Shown piece by piece: positions 28,354 through 38,369 of a stretch of DNA of 64,000 nucleotides. Positions within the stretch are counted from its first letter, which is position 1, and each line of letters opens with the position of its first letter. The DNA is taken from positions 87,951 to 151,950 of IMG/VR virus record IMGVR_UViG_3300042566_002057, one strand, 5' to 3'. Source of the stretch: a virus. Below the pieces are notes generated by a model. It was given only the letters and a program-made list of their open reading frames with translations, was not told where the DNA came from and ran no database searches. The translations under genes were made by a program, and so were the position numbers.

Positions 28354-29231
28354 TGAAAAGTTTAGTAACAGGAGGTCTTGGATTTGTTGGATCAAATTTG
28401 GTTGATATGTTAGTATCAATGGGTGATGAAGTTTGGGTTATTGACGACCTCTCATCAGAGTCTTCATCATTAGATTATAAGAATTCAGAAGCTAACTATG
28501 TAATTGATAAAGTTGAAAATATTAGATCACACTCTAATGAAAGATTTGATAGAATTTTTCACTTAGCAGCAAAGGCTAGAATACAACCATCATTTGATAA
28601 TCCTACTGAATATTTTAATTCCAATGCTTATGGTACATCAGAGTTGATGGAATTTGCGAGAACATCAAATTCTGGAATTGTTGTCTATGCCACTACATCA
28701 TCTAAAAATCATGGTTCGCCTTATATCACACCATACACATACTATAAAGTTGTTGGTGAAGGTATTCTCAAAACTTACGCGAATTGTTTTAATCAAAAAT
28801 GTGCAATGGCTACTTTCTACAACGTATATGGTCCGAGAGAACCAAAAGTGGGTGAGTGGGCAACTGTCGTTGCAAAGTTTGGTAGACAATGGCAAGATGG
28901 TGAACAACTTACTATCGTTGGTACTGGTGAACAAACCAGAGATTTTACACACGTTGATGATATTTGTAAAGGACTTATTCGTATAAGTGAAGATAATTGG
29001 TATGGTGAAAACTTTGATTTAGGAAGAGGTGTACCAGTTTCTATTTTAGAACTATCTAAACTTTGGTGTGATAATGAGAGTAGAATATCTTTTGTTCCTT
29101 TAAGAAAAAATGAAGGTCTTCATACAGAATCTGATTATGAAAAAACCTATGGGATGATAGGTTGGAGAGCTCAAGTAAATCTAAAAGATTATATTATTAA
29201 GGTAAAAAATAAAACTGAGGTTTTGTCATAA
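28353..29231 (+). CDS. NAD-dependent nucleotide-sugar epimerase/dehydratase
   Basis: VTGGLGFVGS, YxxxK (YTYYK), NVYGP, RDFTHVDD. Confidence 0.92.
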   Translation: MKSLVTGGLGFVGSNLVDMLVSMGDEVWVIDDLSSESSSLDYKNSEANYVIDKVENIRSHSNERFDRIFHLAAKARIQPSFDNPTEYFNSNAYGTSELMEFARTSNSGIVVYATTSSKNHGSPYITPYTYYKVVGEGILKTYANCFNQKCAMATFYNVYGPREPKVGEWATVVAKFGRQWQDGEQLTIVGTGEQTRDFTHVDDICKGLIRISEDNWYGENFDLGRGVPVSILELSKLWCDNESRISFVPLRKNEGLHTESDYEKTYGMIGWRAQVNLKDYIIKVKNKTEVLS

Positions 29232-29258
29232 TTAATTTAATTACTATATTTGTCAGTA

Positions 29259-30380
29259 ATGAAACAAGAACTATTTAACCTTATTGAACAAAAATCACCA
29301 GGAGCAAGACCTTTATATCTTGTTATTCGTGGTTCACATGCTTACGGAACTAATATTGAAAGTTCTGATACTGACTATGCTGGTGTATTTATTCAATCAA
29401 TGGATGACATCTTTGGATTTAATTACAAAGAGCAAATTAATGATGATAAGAATGATACTGTGATTTATGAAGTTCGTAGATTTCTTCAACTTCTTGCTAG
29501 TAATAATCCAACTGTATTAGAATTACTTAACACTCCACAAGATTGTGTTATCTATAAAGACCCTATCTTCGACTTGATTCTAAATGACCGTGATAAGTTT
29601 ATCACTAAAGTTTGTGCTAAGTCTTTTGGTGGTTATGCTAAACAACAAATTTCTAAAGCAAAAGGACAAGATAAAAAACAAAACTGGGAGAAAGACAAAG
29701 TAACTCGTAAAACTCCTTTAGATTTCTGTTATATTCATCGTGGTGAAAAATCAATTTCACTTGTGAATTTTATGGAAGAAAAAGGCATGGACCAAAGATT
29801 TTGTGGTTTATCTAATATTCCACATAGTAGAGATACTTACGCACTTTTCTATGACTTTAAGGAAGAAGAAACCAATGGTGAAATTAAAAATTTAGGATTT
29901 AAGGGTATTGCTTTTGAGGATTCTAATCAAGTTAGACTATCATCTATTCCGGTAGATGTTCCTAAAAACTATTTTATTGGACACATTTCTTACAATAAAG
30001 ATGGATACTCACAACATTGTAAAGATTATCTTTCTTATCAAGAATGGTTAGAAAAAAGAAATGAATCACGTTGGGTAGATGTTCAATCACACGGTCAAAA
30101 AATTGACGGTAAGAACATGATGCACTGCATGAGACTTATTCAAATGTCGAGAGAGATTGCTGAAGGTAAAGGTATTATTGTAAAAAGACCAAACGCTTCT
30201 GAGTTAATTTCTATTCGTAAAGGTGAAGTGGATTTACAGACTTTAATTGATAATGTTGAAAATGAAATCTTAGAGATTGATAATCTTTTTGATAATTCTA
30301 ATTTACCTAACTCAGTAGACTCGGATTTTGTTCACAATCTTTTAGTCAAAATTAGAAATCAAGTATATAATATAAATTAA
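29259..30380 (+). CDS. Pol-beta superfamily nucleotidyltransferase (YcgL-like)
   Basis: GSHAYGT..SSDTDYAG; KNMMHCMRL; start moved to the ATG after TATATTTG (29245-29252). Confidence 0.8.
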   Translation: MKQELFNLIEQKSPGARPLYLVIRGSHAYGTNIESSDTDYAGVFIQSMDDIFGFNYKEQINDDKNDTVIYEVRRFLQLLASNNPTVLELLNTPQDCVIYKDPIFDLILNDRDKFITKVCAKSFGGYAKQQISKAKGQDKKQNWEKDKVTRKTPLDFCYIHRGEKSISLVNFMEEKGMDQRFCGLSNIPHSRDTYALFYDFKEEETNGEIKNLGFKGIAFEDSNQVRLSSIPVDVPKNYFIGHISYNKDGYSQHCKDYLSYQEWLEKRNESRWVDVQSHGQKIDGKNMMHCMRLIQMSREIAEGKGIIVKRPNASELISIRKGEVDLQTLIDNVENEILEIDNLFDNSNLPNSVDSDFVHNLLVKIRNQVYNIN

Positions 30381-30390
30381 TATATAGTTT

Positions 30391-31002
30391 ATGACGTTTT
30401 TTATTTCACTTATGATAATTATGATGGTGTTTGCTTTGGGTATGAAAGCTCAAAATACCATTTATAAATACAGTTCAGACACTGAGCAAAAGAAGAAAAT
30501 TTCAGAAAAGAATCAAGAGTTTTCTGAAATTTTACAAAATATTCATAGTTGTATATTTAGAAGTAGAGTAAATACAACTGTTTACATACAAACTAAATCA
30601 TCAAAACACGGTGATGTTGATATTATTTACTTGATGGACAAACCGGATATTGCAATATTCAAAGGTGATTCCTGTATTTACACATCTGATTCGGTTGACG
30701 AAGAAATTATTACTAAAATTATTGAGTCAATAAATATTAAGTTTAGAAGTAAAATTAATGATGTTGTAGAAGTATTAGGTTTTACTTTTTACAGAGAAGA
30801 TTTTGAGAAAACCTTTGGTGGTAAATTCAAGAATATGAATTTTGACTCACTAATCCAAGAAGACGAACTTGGTTCTATAATTAAAGAAAACTCAAAGAAA
30901 TTTGACTTAGATGAAATATTAGATAAAATTTCTGAGTTTGGTGTTAACTCTCTAACATTAGAGGAAAGATTGTTCCTCGATAAGTATGGAAAGAAAGATT
31001 AA
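30391..31002 (+). CDS. Membrane-anchored protein with C-terminal LDEILDKIS..G..SLT..E domain
   Basis: N-terminal hydrophobic helix; C-terminal module shared with 38370..38960. Confidence 0.7.
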   Translation: MTFFISLMIIMMVFALGMKAQNTIYKYSSDTEQKKKISEKNQEFSEILQNIHSCIFRSRVNTTVYIQTKSSKHGDVDIIYLMDKPDIAIFKGDSCIYTSDSVDEEIITKIIESINIKFRSKINDVVEVLGFTFYREDFEKTFGGKFKNMNFDSLIQEDELGSIIKENSKKFDLDEILDKISEFGVNSLTLEERLFLDKYGKKD

Positions 31003-31360
31003 TTTAGAAAATATAATTTCTTCTATTGAGTTCTATGATTATACATCATTGAATAAAATGGTCAATTTAATTATTGAATCAAATAATACTTATTATTTTA
31101 TTGAGGATGAATTAGAAAAAGTTATAGATGTGACTCAAATGCCATCCTATATTCAATTAGATTGGTTTAAGTATAACAAAAAAGAATTAACTTTATCTAT
31201 AGTTAACAAACATATCAAGTATTTAAAAGACTCAATAGAAGATTTATATACAAAAAATATGTCAATTCAAAAAAATATTGAAGTTGAACAACAAATACAA
31301 CAAGTACTTGAAAAAGTATTTTTAATTAGACGAGACCTTATTATTAACGGAATACTATAA
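30986..31360 (+). CDS. Hypothetical protein with C-terminal tag
   Basis: Ends RRDLIINGIL. Confidence 0.7.
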   Translation: MERKINLENIISSIEFYDYTSLNKMVNLIIESNNTYYFIEDELEKVIDVTQMPSYIQLDWFKYNKKELTLSIVNKHIKYLKDSIEDLYTKNMSIQKNIEVEQQIQQVLEKVFLIRRDLIINGIL

Positions 31361-31362
31361 AA

Positions 31363-31530
31363 ATGAAAAAACAGATTGCTAAAAAAACAGACACATTTGC
31401 TCATTATGCTCCAGTAGGCAAAGCCTTTTGTGAAAGTAAATGTGATAGAAAAGTTATTATGACTAAAGACGGACCTGTCATTGTTTGCAACGGTTGTATG
31501 AGAATTGTTATGGACAACAGAGAAAACTAA
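31363..31530 (+). CDS. Small zinc-ribbon protein (55 aa)
   Basis: Not in ORF track; MKKQIAKK...CESKC...CNGC...REN stop, fills the intergenic gap. Confidence 0.6.
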   Translation: MKKQIAKKTDTFAHYAPVGKAFCESKCDRKVIMTKDGPVIVCNGCMRIVMDNREN

Positions 31531-31593
31531 TAGTAATTTTTATCGTATAACTAATTAATAAAATTATATTTTACAAAACAATATATAAAAATT

Positions 31594-33816
31594 ATGAAGA
31601 AAGCTTTACTAACACTAATCAGTACAATAGCCTTAGTCAATACACTATTCTCTCAGTATTGTCCATTTCTAGGCCCAGATCAATTTTTACCGTGTGGTGT
31701 GACATCAACAACACTCACTGCTGACTTAAGTCAATGTGGACCAGGTGGTGCAAATCCAAACCAAACAACTAACTATGGTGTTACTCAAATTCCTTATGTT
31801 TCTCAAACAAATACAGGTACTTTAGTCAATTTGTCGGATGACTCACAATCAGGTCCTTTCAATATTGGATTTACTTTTTGTTACTTTGGTCAAACCTACA
31901 CACAATTTTATATTGGATCAAATGGTTGGATATCATTTAGTGCTGGTCAATCAACCACATTTACCTCAACTCCAATTCCAAACGTTGCTGCTACAACTCC
32001 CAAAAACTGTATTATGGGACCGTGGCAAGATTGGAATCCTGGAATAGGTGGTCAAATAAGATACCAAGTTCAAGGAACAGCACCGTGTCGTAAATTAGTC
32101 GTGAGTTGGGTAAATGTGCCAATGTTTTCTTGTACGAATTTATTGGGAACTTTTCATATTGTAATTTATGAATCAACTAACGTAATCGAAAATCACATAC
32201 AGAATAAACCAAATTGTCTACAATGGGCTGGTGGAACAGCAGTACAAGGTATTCATAACTTACCAGGTACTACAGCAATATCTGTTCCTGGTAGAAATTC
32301 ATCACAATGGACCACACAAAATGATGCAAGAAGATGGACACCATCTGGACCAGTTGTTACTCCAACACTAACTTGGTTTCAAGTTGGAAATCCAAATCCA
32401 ATAGGAACAGGACCTACTATTACAGTAACCCCACCACCAGCTGGTGCTAACTACACTTGTCAATTTGTTTATCCAATTTGTAATACTGGGTGGTCTAATT
32501 GTAATTTAGCAGGTGGTGGATTAGGACCAGACACAGTTTTTGTTCAACCAGGTCCACCTCAATTACCTAACCCAACTGTAGTTTTTCAAGATCCTTTATG
32601 TAATGGTGATTGTAACGGAACAATTGATGTCACACCCAATGGTGGTACCGGAGTTATTACAATTTCTTGGACAACACCAAATAATGGATTTAATCTAACT
32701 AGCTTATGTGCTGGAAACTACAACTATAACTTAATAGATGCTGCTGGATGTACTTACAATGGTTCAGTGACTCTCAATAATCCACCGGTAGTCATAGTGA
32801 GTACTATAACAGGATCTGATACTGTATGTATTAGTTCTAATAATGAATTATATTCGGTAGTTAATCAACCTGGTTATACTTACATTTGGCAGACAATTGG
32901 TAATATAACCTCTGGTCAAAATACAAATACAATTACAGTTGACTGGAGTTCACAACCTTCTGGATTTATCCCTGGTTCAGTTCAAGTTACAGCTTATAAC
33001 CAAAACAATTGTCCAAGTCTTCCTTCCGTATTCGATTTAACAGTTTTCTCGGTAAGTCCTTTAATAACTCAAATTGGTCCTTTCTGTACTTATGATGAAT
33101 GTGAATTATTGACAGCTCAACCAATAGGTGGATTATTTACTATAAATGGTAACAACAACACACAGTTTTGCCCTCAATCAAATTCATCTTTTGATACGGT
33201 TGTCTACACTTATGTACAAAGTGGTTGTATCTTTTATGATACAGCATCTTTTGTAGTAAATCCACAACCTAATATTCTAAGCATCTCACCGGATAACTCT
33301 TTTCTAGAGCTCTGTGAAGGTGATTCAGTACAAATAGATTTTAGTATTCAATCTACATTAAATGGAATTGTTAGTTGGAATATCAATAATCAACAAATTA
33401 ATAGTATTAGCTCTATTTCAACTACTTGGAATTCATTTGGAACCTTTATAATAGATGCTTTTGTAACAACACCTGAAGGTTGTGTCTCACCTGAAATATC
33501 AACATCATTAACTATTCAAGAGTGTCCAAATACTTTAATTTATATACCAAACTCTTTTACACCTGATGGTGATGAGCATAACAACAAATGGTTACCAGTC
33601 TTCACAAGTGGGTTCGATCCTTTTGACGTAGATATATTTGTTTTTAATAGATGGGGTGAACTTGTATGGGAATCTCATAATGTTAGTTTTGGTTGGGATG
33701 GTACTTACCAGGGTACGATGTGTCCAGTTGGGGTTTATGTTTACAAAATCACTTATGGTAATGTTAAAAATGATTCCAGAAGTATTATTATTGGTCACTT
33801 AACTTTATTGAAATAA
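31594..33816 (+). CDS. Secreted surface protein with T9SS type-B C-terminal sorting domain
   Basis: Signal peptide; SprB-like repeat; YIPNSFTPDGD..N..W, FNRWGE, WDGTY, GVYVY. Confidence 0.88.
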   Translation: MKKALLTLISTIALVNTLFSQYCPFLGPDQFLPCGVTSTTLTADLSQCGPGGANPNQTTNYGVTQIPYVSQTNTGTLVNLSDDSQSGPFNIGFTFCYFGQTYTQFYIGSNGWISFSAGQSTTFTSTPIPNVAATTPKNCIMGPWQDWNPGIGGQIRYQVQGTAPCRKLVVSWVNVPMFSCTNLLGTFHIVIYESTNVIENHIQNKPNCLQWAGGTAVQGIHNLPGTTAISVPGRNSSQWTTQNDARRWTPSGPVVTPTLTWFQVGNPNPIGTGPTITVTPPPAGANYTCQFVYPICNTGWSNCNLAGGGLGPDTVFVQPGPPQLPNPTVVFQDPLCNGDCNGTIDVTPNGGTGVITISWTTPNNGFNLTSLCAGNYNYNLIDAAGCTYNGSVTLNNPPVVIVSTITGSDTVCISSNNELYSVVNQPGYTYIWQTIGNITSGQNTNTITVDWSSQPSGFIPGSVQVTAYNQNNCPSLPSVFDLTVFSVSPLITQIGPFCTYDECELLTAQPIGGLFTINGNNNTQFCPQSNSSFDTVVYTYVQSGCIFYDTASFVVNPQPNILSISPDNSFLELCEGDSVQIDFSIQSTLNGIVSWNINNQQINSISSISTTWNSFGTFIIDAFVTTPEGCVSPEISTSLTIQECPNTLIYIPNSFTPDGDEHNNKWLPVFTSGFDPFDVDIFVFNRWGELVWESHNVSFGWDGTYQGTMCPVGVYVYKITYGNVKNDSRSIIIGHLTLLK

Positions 33817-33853
33817 TTATTTCTTATCATATTTTTTTATTATATTTGTAATT

Positions 33854-34228
33854 ATGAAAAAAGAAGGAATTGAAAGTATGGTAGATAAAGTAGTTTTAGA
33901 ATCTCTAAATGAGGGTTATTCTATTAAGAATACTCAATTAAAACTACAAGAGAGAATAATTAAATTCAGAAACATACTTATCAGAGATAATGTTGATTTA
34001 GAACAAACTGTACTTACTGCAAATGAAGATTGGCAAAAAATAACCAATACTCGACATAGATTTGCCGCATATTATATTTGTTTTTGTTGTAAACGTATAG
34101 TAGACTTAGAATGGTTCTCAAATAAGAAACTTACCTTCTATAATTTATCAAATAGTAAAATGTTAAGTTTACTAAAGTTTAGAGATAAGTTATCAAAAGA
34201 AAACGCTGTAGAAAATTCACCTTTTTGA
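33854..34228 (+). CDS. Hypothetical protein
   Basis: ORF after TATATTTG (33841-33848). Confidence 0.65.
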   Translation: MKKEGIESMVDKVVLESLNEGYSIKNTQLKLQERIIKFRNILIRDNVDLEQTVLTANEDWQKITNTRHRFAAYYICFCCKRIVDLEWFSNKKLTFYNLSNSKMLSLLKFRDKLSKENAVENSPF

Positions 34229-34251
34229 TTATTTTTTGTATCTTTGTATTA

Positions 34252-34485
34252 ATGAAATTAAGTAATCAAACAAAATTTATTCTCTGGTTAATATTAGACA
34301 AATATGATGGTCATAGAGACTATCTACCGTTTTGTGATTCATTATCTAGAATAATTCAAGAAAGGCCAAAAGGATGTGATTTATTAATTGTTTACAATCA
34401 TTTAAGAAAAATAGACAGGTCTGATAAAATAGGAATTGATTATTCTATTGGTCCACATATTGAGTATAATTTGTTTGCAATCTAA
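34252..34485 (+). CDS. Hypothetical protein
   Basis: ATG 34252 after TATCTTTG (34239-34246). Confidence 0.55.
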   Translation: MKLSNQTKFILWLILDKYDGHRDYLPFCDSLSRIIQERPKGCDLLIVYNHLRKIDRSDKIGIDYSIGPHIEYNLFAI

Positions 34486-34560
34486 ATTTTCATGCAACAT
34501 CATGATCCATATCTAATATAAATTCGTCGGTTTTTTACAGTATTTAACACTGTGGATTTT

Positions 34561-34944
34561 TTACTGAAACGATGATGGTAAAGTATATTTCTCAGCCTTA
34601 AGAAATTTTATCAAAAGAAATATAATACTGGCTCCTGGTATTAATGTGAGTACAGTAAGACTAATTGTCTTAAATATATCTTTTAATTGGTCATAAATCT
34701 TTTTTCTTTGTTCTTTATTTAATTCTATTTCATCTTTACTAGCTCTTACGACTAGATTAAAAGCTTCTTTTGTTTCTTTACTTTCATTTTTAATGCTATC
34801 AATAAATTTAAAAAAATTCTTTTTCATTTCTTTATAAAAGTCAGAATAAATATCACCCATCTTAGCGATTGGATCAACCGGCATAAACATCATATCCATT
34901 GTCTCATTGATGTTAAAATTCTCAAATGTTTTAAGGTGTTTCAT
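34561..34944 (-). CDS. Membrane protein (LETM1-like C-terminal segment) with N-terminal capsid-targeting-like tag
   Basis: Starts MKHLKTFENFNINE; QLKDIFKT...LIPGASIIFLLI...LPSSF. Confidence 0.65.
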   Translation of the reverse strand: MKHLKTFENFNINETMDMMFMPVDPIAKMGDIYSDFYKEMKKNFFKFIDSIKNESKETKEAFNLVVRASKDEIELNKEQRKKIYDQLKDIFKTISLTVLTLIPGASIIFLLIKFLKAEKYTLPSSFQ

Positions 34945-34946
34945 AT

Positions 34947-35693
34947 TTATTTTATGTTTTTAATCCAGTTTGTGAATTTGACAATTGATTCCTGTAATGT
35001 TTCTACGAAATTAAATTCTTTAAGAAACTCACCGAATTCAGCAACATATCCTTCTTTAGATTCATCATTAGCATTTTTTAAGAATTGCCAGTTAAATGAA
35101 AGTTGACTCGGTGTCTTAAACCCAAAGAAACCTAAAACTTCTTTTTCTAATTTAACAGATTCTTCTCCATTCCAGTTATGACCAACTGATACAACTCCTA
35201 CTTCTTTATCTTTTAGTAAGTTTGACTCACCTAAAGTTGTATGTCTGTTTTCTAACCAAGTAAGTCTTTCTATAAGTGATGTGTAGATTGCGTTCATTTT
35301 ACCCCAACGAATTGAACCAAAGAATATTACAATATCAGCGTCAAAGATAGCGTTTGCTACTTTATACATTTCATCTGATTTGTTATTTAGAGAAGCCCAA
35401 CATCTGATATGACCGGTTGGATTTTTTTCTTTATCATTTAACTTAGCGTCTTTAAGACCACAAGTATTTCCTCTTTTGGTAGAAACATTACCTTCACAAG
35501 GAAAAATTTTAAGTTTAGCAACATTTATTATTTGACATCTATCACCACCTAACTTTTTCATTAGTTCCTCAGCTATAATTGAAGATTTAGGAAGTTCTTT
35601 ATCACCACTCCACCTATTAGAAGTCGTAAGGAAAAGAATTTTTTTCTTTTGATTCTTTTTAAGATAATTATATAATCTCTTCAATTTGTCCAT
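34947..35693 (-). CDS. Flavodoxin-fold NAD(P)H-dependent FMN reductase / iron-sulfur flavoprotein-like protein
   Basis: TTSNR, PCEGNVS...C...C, ADIVIFFGSIRWG, LIERL; tag-like C-terminus IVKFTNWIK. Confidence 0.75.
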   Translation of the reverse strand: MDKLKRLYNYLKKNQKKKILFLTTSNRWSGDKELPKSSIIAEELMKKLGGDRCQIINVAKLKIFPCEGNVSTKRGNTCGLKDAKLNDKEKNPTGHIRCWASLNNKSDEMYKVANAIFDADIVIFFGSIRWGKMNAIYTSLIERLTWLENRHTTLGESNLLKDKEVGVVSVGHNWNGEESVKLEKEVLGFFGFKTPSQLSFNWQFLKNANDESKEGYVAEFGEFLKEFNFVETLQESIVKFTNWIKNIK

Positions 35694-35743
35694 AAAGTAT
35701 ATATTAATTATTATGACTTGAATATTGATTATAGTTTAAAAAT

Positions 35744-35776
35744 AAAAAAGTGAGAATTAATTCTCACTTTTTTTTT
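35744..35776 (-). terminator. Rho-independent terminator
   Basis: AAAAAAGTGAGAAT-TA-ATTCTCACTTTTTT. Confidence 0.75.
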
Positions 35777-36668
35777 ATTCTTCAATTGCTGAAGGAGGTT
35801 TTGTCATCCTTTGTAACTTCCAGTGTAAATTCTCCCAGTCAGATATTTCTTGACTTAACTTTCTATTATCTTCTTCAATAATCTTAAACTCTTCAAGTCT
35901 TATTTCAAAGTCTCTGATTTTATCATTAATATCAGATTCCCTTTTCTCTAAATCAGATTCTCTTTTACTAATATCTTTTGATTTTACTTCTAAATCTTTT
36001 TCTTTCTGAGTTACTAACTCTAAATCAGAATCAATTTTTTTCTGTAGGTCAGCGTACTTAGTATCCAATTCAGCAGCGGATTGTAAAACACTTCTATCAA
36101 AATTTCTTTCTTTTTCATTTAAGTCTTGTGTTTTGTCCTCTAAATCTATTTGTTTTTCTGTTAGAATCTTATTTCTTTCTCTTAACTCGTCTTCTTTTTT
36201 ATCTAATAACTTTAAATCTTCTTTATAAGATTCTTCTCTTTTCTCAACTCTACTGATTCTGATTTCAATTTCTTCTTCTTTGTCTTTGATTCTGAGTTCT
36301 CTGTTATTGAGATCCTTTTCTTTTCTTTCTAACTCTTTAATCTGGTATTCATCAACTACTTGACCTTGTGGTTGTGATTGAGAGATTGAAGAAAGAATCA
36401 TTTCTTCAATGAATGGAATAATTTTTTTACCAAGTTGAGCTGGTTGTGGAAGTTTTTCCGATCTCATATAAGATAAGAGTTCTGCTTTCCAATCAATTAC
36501 CTCGAAAAATTCTGGATTATTATCAATGATGTCTTTATCGATTGGTATAATATCAGTTTTGACTCTATAATTATATTCTTCTAAAATAGTTCCTATTTTT
36601 AGGATAAATATCTTCTTATCAGGACTCAAATACTGAAACTCTTTAATTACTTTATGTTTTATTTTCAT
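35775..36668 (-). CDS. Long coiled-coil protein
   Basis: E/K/R-rich heptads over about 170 aa; TATATATA upstream. Confidence 0.75.
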   Translation of the reverse strand: MKIKHKVIKEFQYLSPDKKIFILKIGTILEEYNYRVKTDIIPIDKDIIDNNPEFFEVIDWKAELLSYMRSEKLPQPAQLGKKIIPFIEEMILSSISQSQPQGQVVDEYQIKELERKEKDLNNRELRIKDKEEEIEIRISRVEKREESYKEDLKLLDKKEDELRERNKILTEKQIDLEDKTQDLNEKERNFDRSVLQSAAELDTKYADLQKKIDSDLELVTQKEKDLEVKSKDISKRESDLEKRESDINDKIRDFEIRLEEFKIIEEDNRKLSQEISDWENLHWKLQRMTKPPSAIEE

Positions 36669-36742
36669 AAGAAAAAGATATATTTTAAGTTATATATAAA
36701 AAACCTTTGTTTTTGTTTTATTTTTCGTATATTTGCCTAACT

Positions 36743-37213
36743 ATGTCTCAGATCGATGTAAATCTAAATAAAATAATGAATCTTATTAGATTCAATGCCA
36801 ATCTATCAAGATATGTTGATGTAGGTGAATTAGTTCGACAATCACCTGATTACATATTAGAAAAATATAACCATTGGATTTCATTCAATCCAGTTATTGA
36901 TGAACCAATTTACACACCTGACGATTGTGAGCAACTTATTCATCAATACTCCAAAATCTGGGGTAGATTTCCAACACAGAAAGTAACAAGACATCTTTTT
37001 TATTTACAACAAACTAATAGTATGAAACTATTAAATATGGTGGAAAAGTTTGAGGTGTATTTCGGACCTATTGAGTTGATTAGTAGTGAAGAAAAAAATG
37101 GACTACACTTTATTTTAGAAAGAGATTTTGTTAGTAAAGTTGTAGAATATAACGAAGAGGCACTCACAATCATTCTAAGAGATTTGAAATTAAAAAAATT
37201 AGTAAACAATTAA
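36743..37213 (+). CDS. Hypothetical protein with C-terminal tag
   Basis: ATG after TATATTTG (36728-36735); ends LRDLKLKKLVNN. Confidence 0.7.
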   Translation: MSQIDVNLNKIMNLIRFNANLSRYVDVGELVRQSPDYILEKYNHWISFNPVIDEPIYTPDDCEQLIHQYSKIWGRFPTQKVTRHLFYLQQTNSMKLLNMVEKFEVYFGPIELISSEEKNGLHFILERDFVSKVVEYNEEALTIILRDLKLKKLVNN

Positions 37214-37226
37214 AAACAAAATAAAG

Positions 37227-37697
37227 ATGAAAACAATTAAATTTTTTATGTTGGCTCTTGTAGCAACAATGTTCTTAACTTCGTGTAGTGAGAACTATTC
37301 TAATGGTGAAAGAATTGGTATGATTACCAAATTCTCTCAAAAAGGACTTATTTGGAACTCTTGGGAAGGTTCGTTGAACACGACACAAACTGGTATGAAT
37401 AGTGCGACTCCGTTTGAGTTCTCTGTTGATAATGATGTCAATGACCCTAAAGTAATTGCTACTTTGGATAGTGCGGCTACTGAAGGTTGGAAAGTTAAGA
37501 TTAAATACCACGAAACATTTGGTAAGAACTGGTTCTCTAATAGAGGTGAGACCAATTACTTTGTTAAAGAAGTTGAAGTTTTAGATAGAGATCCAATGGG
37601 AAGTGTATTTGGAAATAAAAGTGATAATAACACTGGTGGTAGAGTAGTTGATACAGTATATGTAGTTATTGTACCAAAAGAAAAAGTAATTAAATAA
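37227..37697 (+). CDS. Putative lipoprotein
   Basis: Signal peptide with lipobox LTSC; YSNGERIG..KFSQKG..WEG. Confidence 0.75.
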   Translation: MKTIKFFMLALVATMFLTSCSENYSNGERIGMITKFSQKGLIWNSWEGSLNTTQTGMNSATPFEFSVDNDVNDPKVIATLDSAATEGWKVKIKYHETFGKNWFSNRGETNYFVKEVEVLDRDPMGSVFGNKSDNNTGGRVVDTVYVVIVPKEKVIK

Positions 37698-37701
37698 AAC
37701 T

Positions 37702-37917
37702 ATGAAAAAGGAAGACATTCTTATTTGTCAAGAAACAATTAAAAATACATTTGGGTGGATTCTATTTGAATCTGGTAAAGAGTATAAAGTGTTAAATATT
37801 GATGATGAAGAAGTCTTCCTTAACCACACTCTTTATGCGAATGAGTATAATTCATTTCCTATCAATTGGGTATTAGAAAAATTTAAACTTAAAGATAATG
37901 TTAAAAGAAAAGATTGA
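37702..37917 (+). CDS. Small SH3-like hypothetical protein
   Basis: C..T....FESGKEY pattern shared with 40059 and 42120. Confidence 0.6.
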   Translation: MKKEDILICQETIKNTFGWILFESGKEYKVLNIDDEEVFLNHTLYANEYNSFPINWVLEKFKLKDNVKRKD

Positions 37918-38332
37918 ACTTATTATTGACACACTTGTTAAAACCACCGAGTCAGGAAATCTAATCTGGGAAGAAGATTCATCTTCATATGATAGAAGGT
38001 ATAAAAGAAAAATGCAATCTGTTGGTGAAGATTCATCAATATATGAATTAGAGATTGAATATAAGTTAGTTAATGAAAAATTCATATTAGACAATCAACC
38101 ATCTTTATGGATTAGAAATCCTAAACTACCAAATGGTATGTTTTACATCTATGGTGGGAAATATGATATTATAAAACTAAGAGACCTTATTTTGAGTAAA
38201 TTCTTATCAAACTTTACCCCATCACTTGGTGACTTAGAAGATACATTAGATGAAATAGCAAAAGGAGTTAATGTGTCTGAATTTAGAGAAGGAAAAATTA
38301 ATAAGATTCTAGGCTTTCTTAAAATAAACTAA
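37898..38332 (+). CDS. Hypothetical protein with C-terminal tag
   Basis: Ends FREGKINKILGFLKIN. Confidence 0.7.
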   Translation: MLKEKIELIIDTLVKTTESGNLIWEEDSSSYDRRYKRKMQSVGEDSSIYELEIEYKLVNEKFILDNQPSLWIRNPKLPNGMFYIYGGKYDIIKLRDLILSKFLSNFTPSLGDLEDTLDEIAKGVNVSEFREGKINKILGFLKIN

Positions 38333-38369
38333 AATTTATATTTTACATAAAATAAAAAAAACTACTGAT

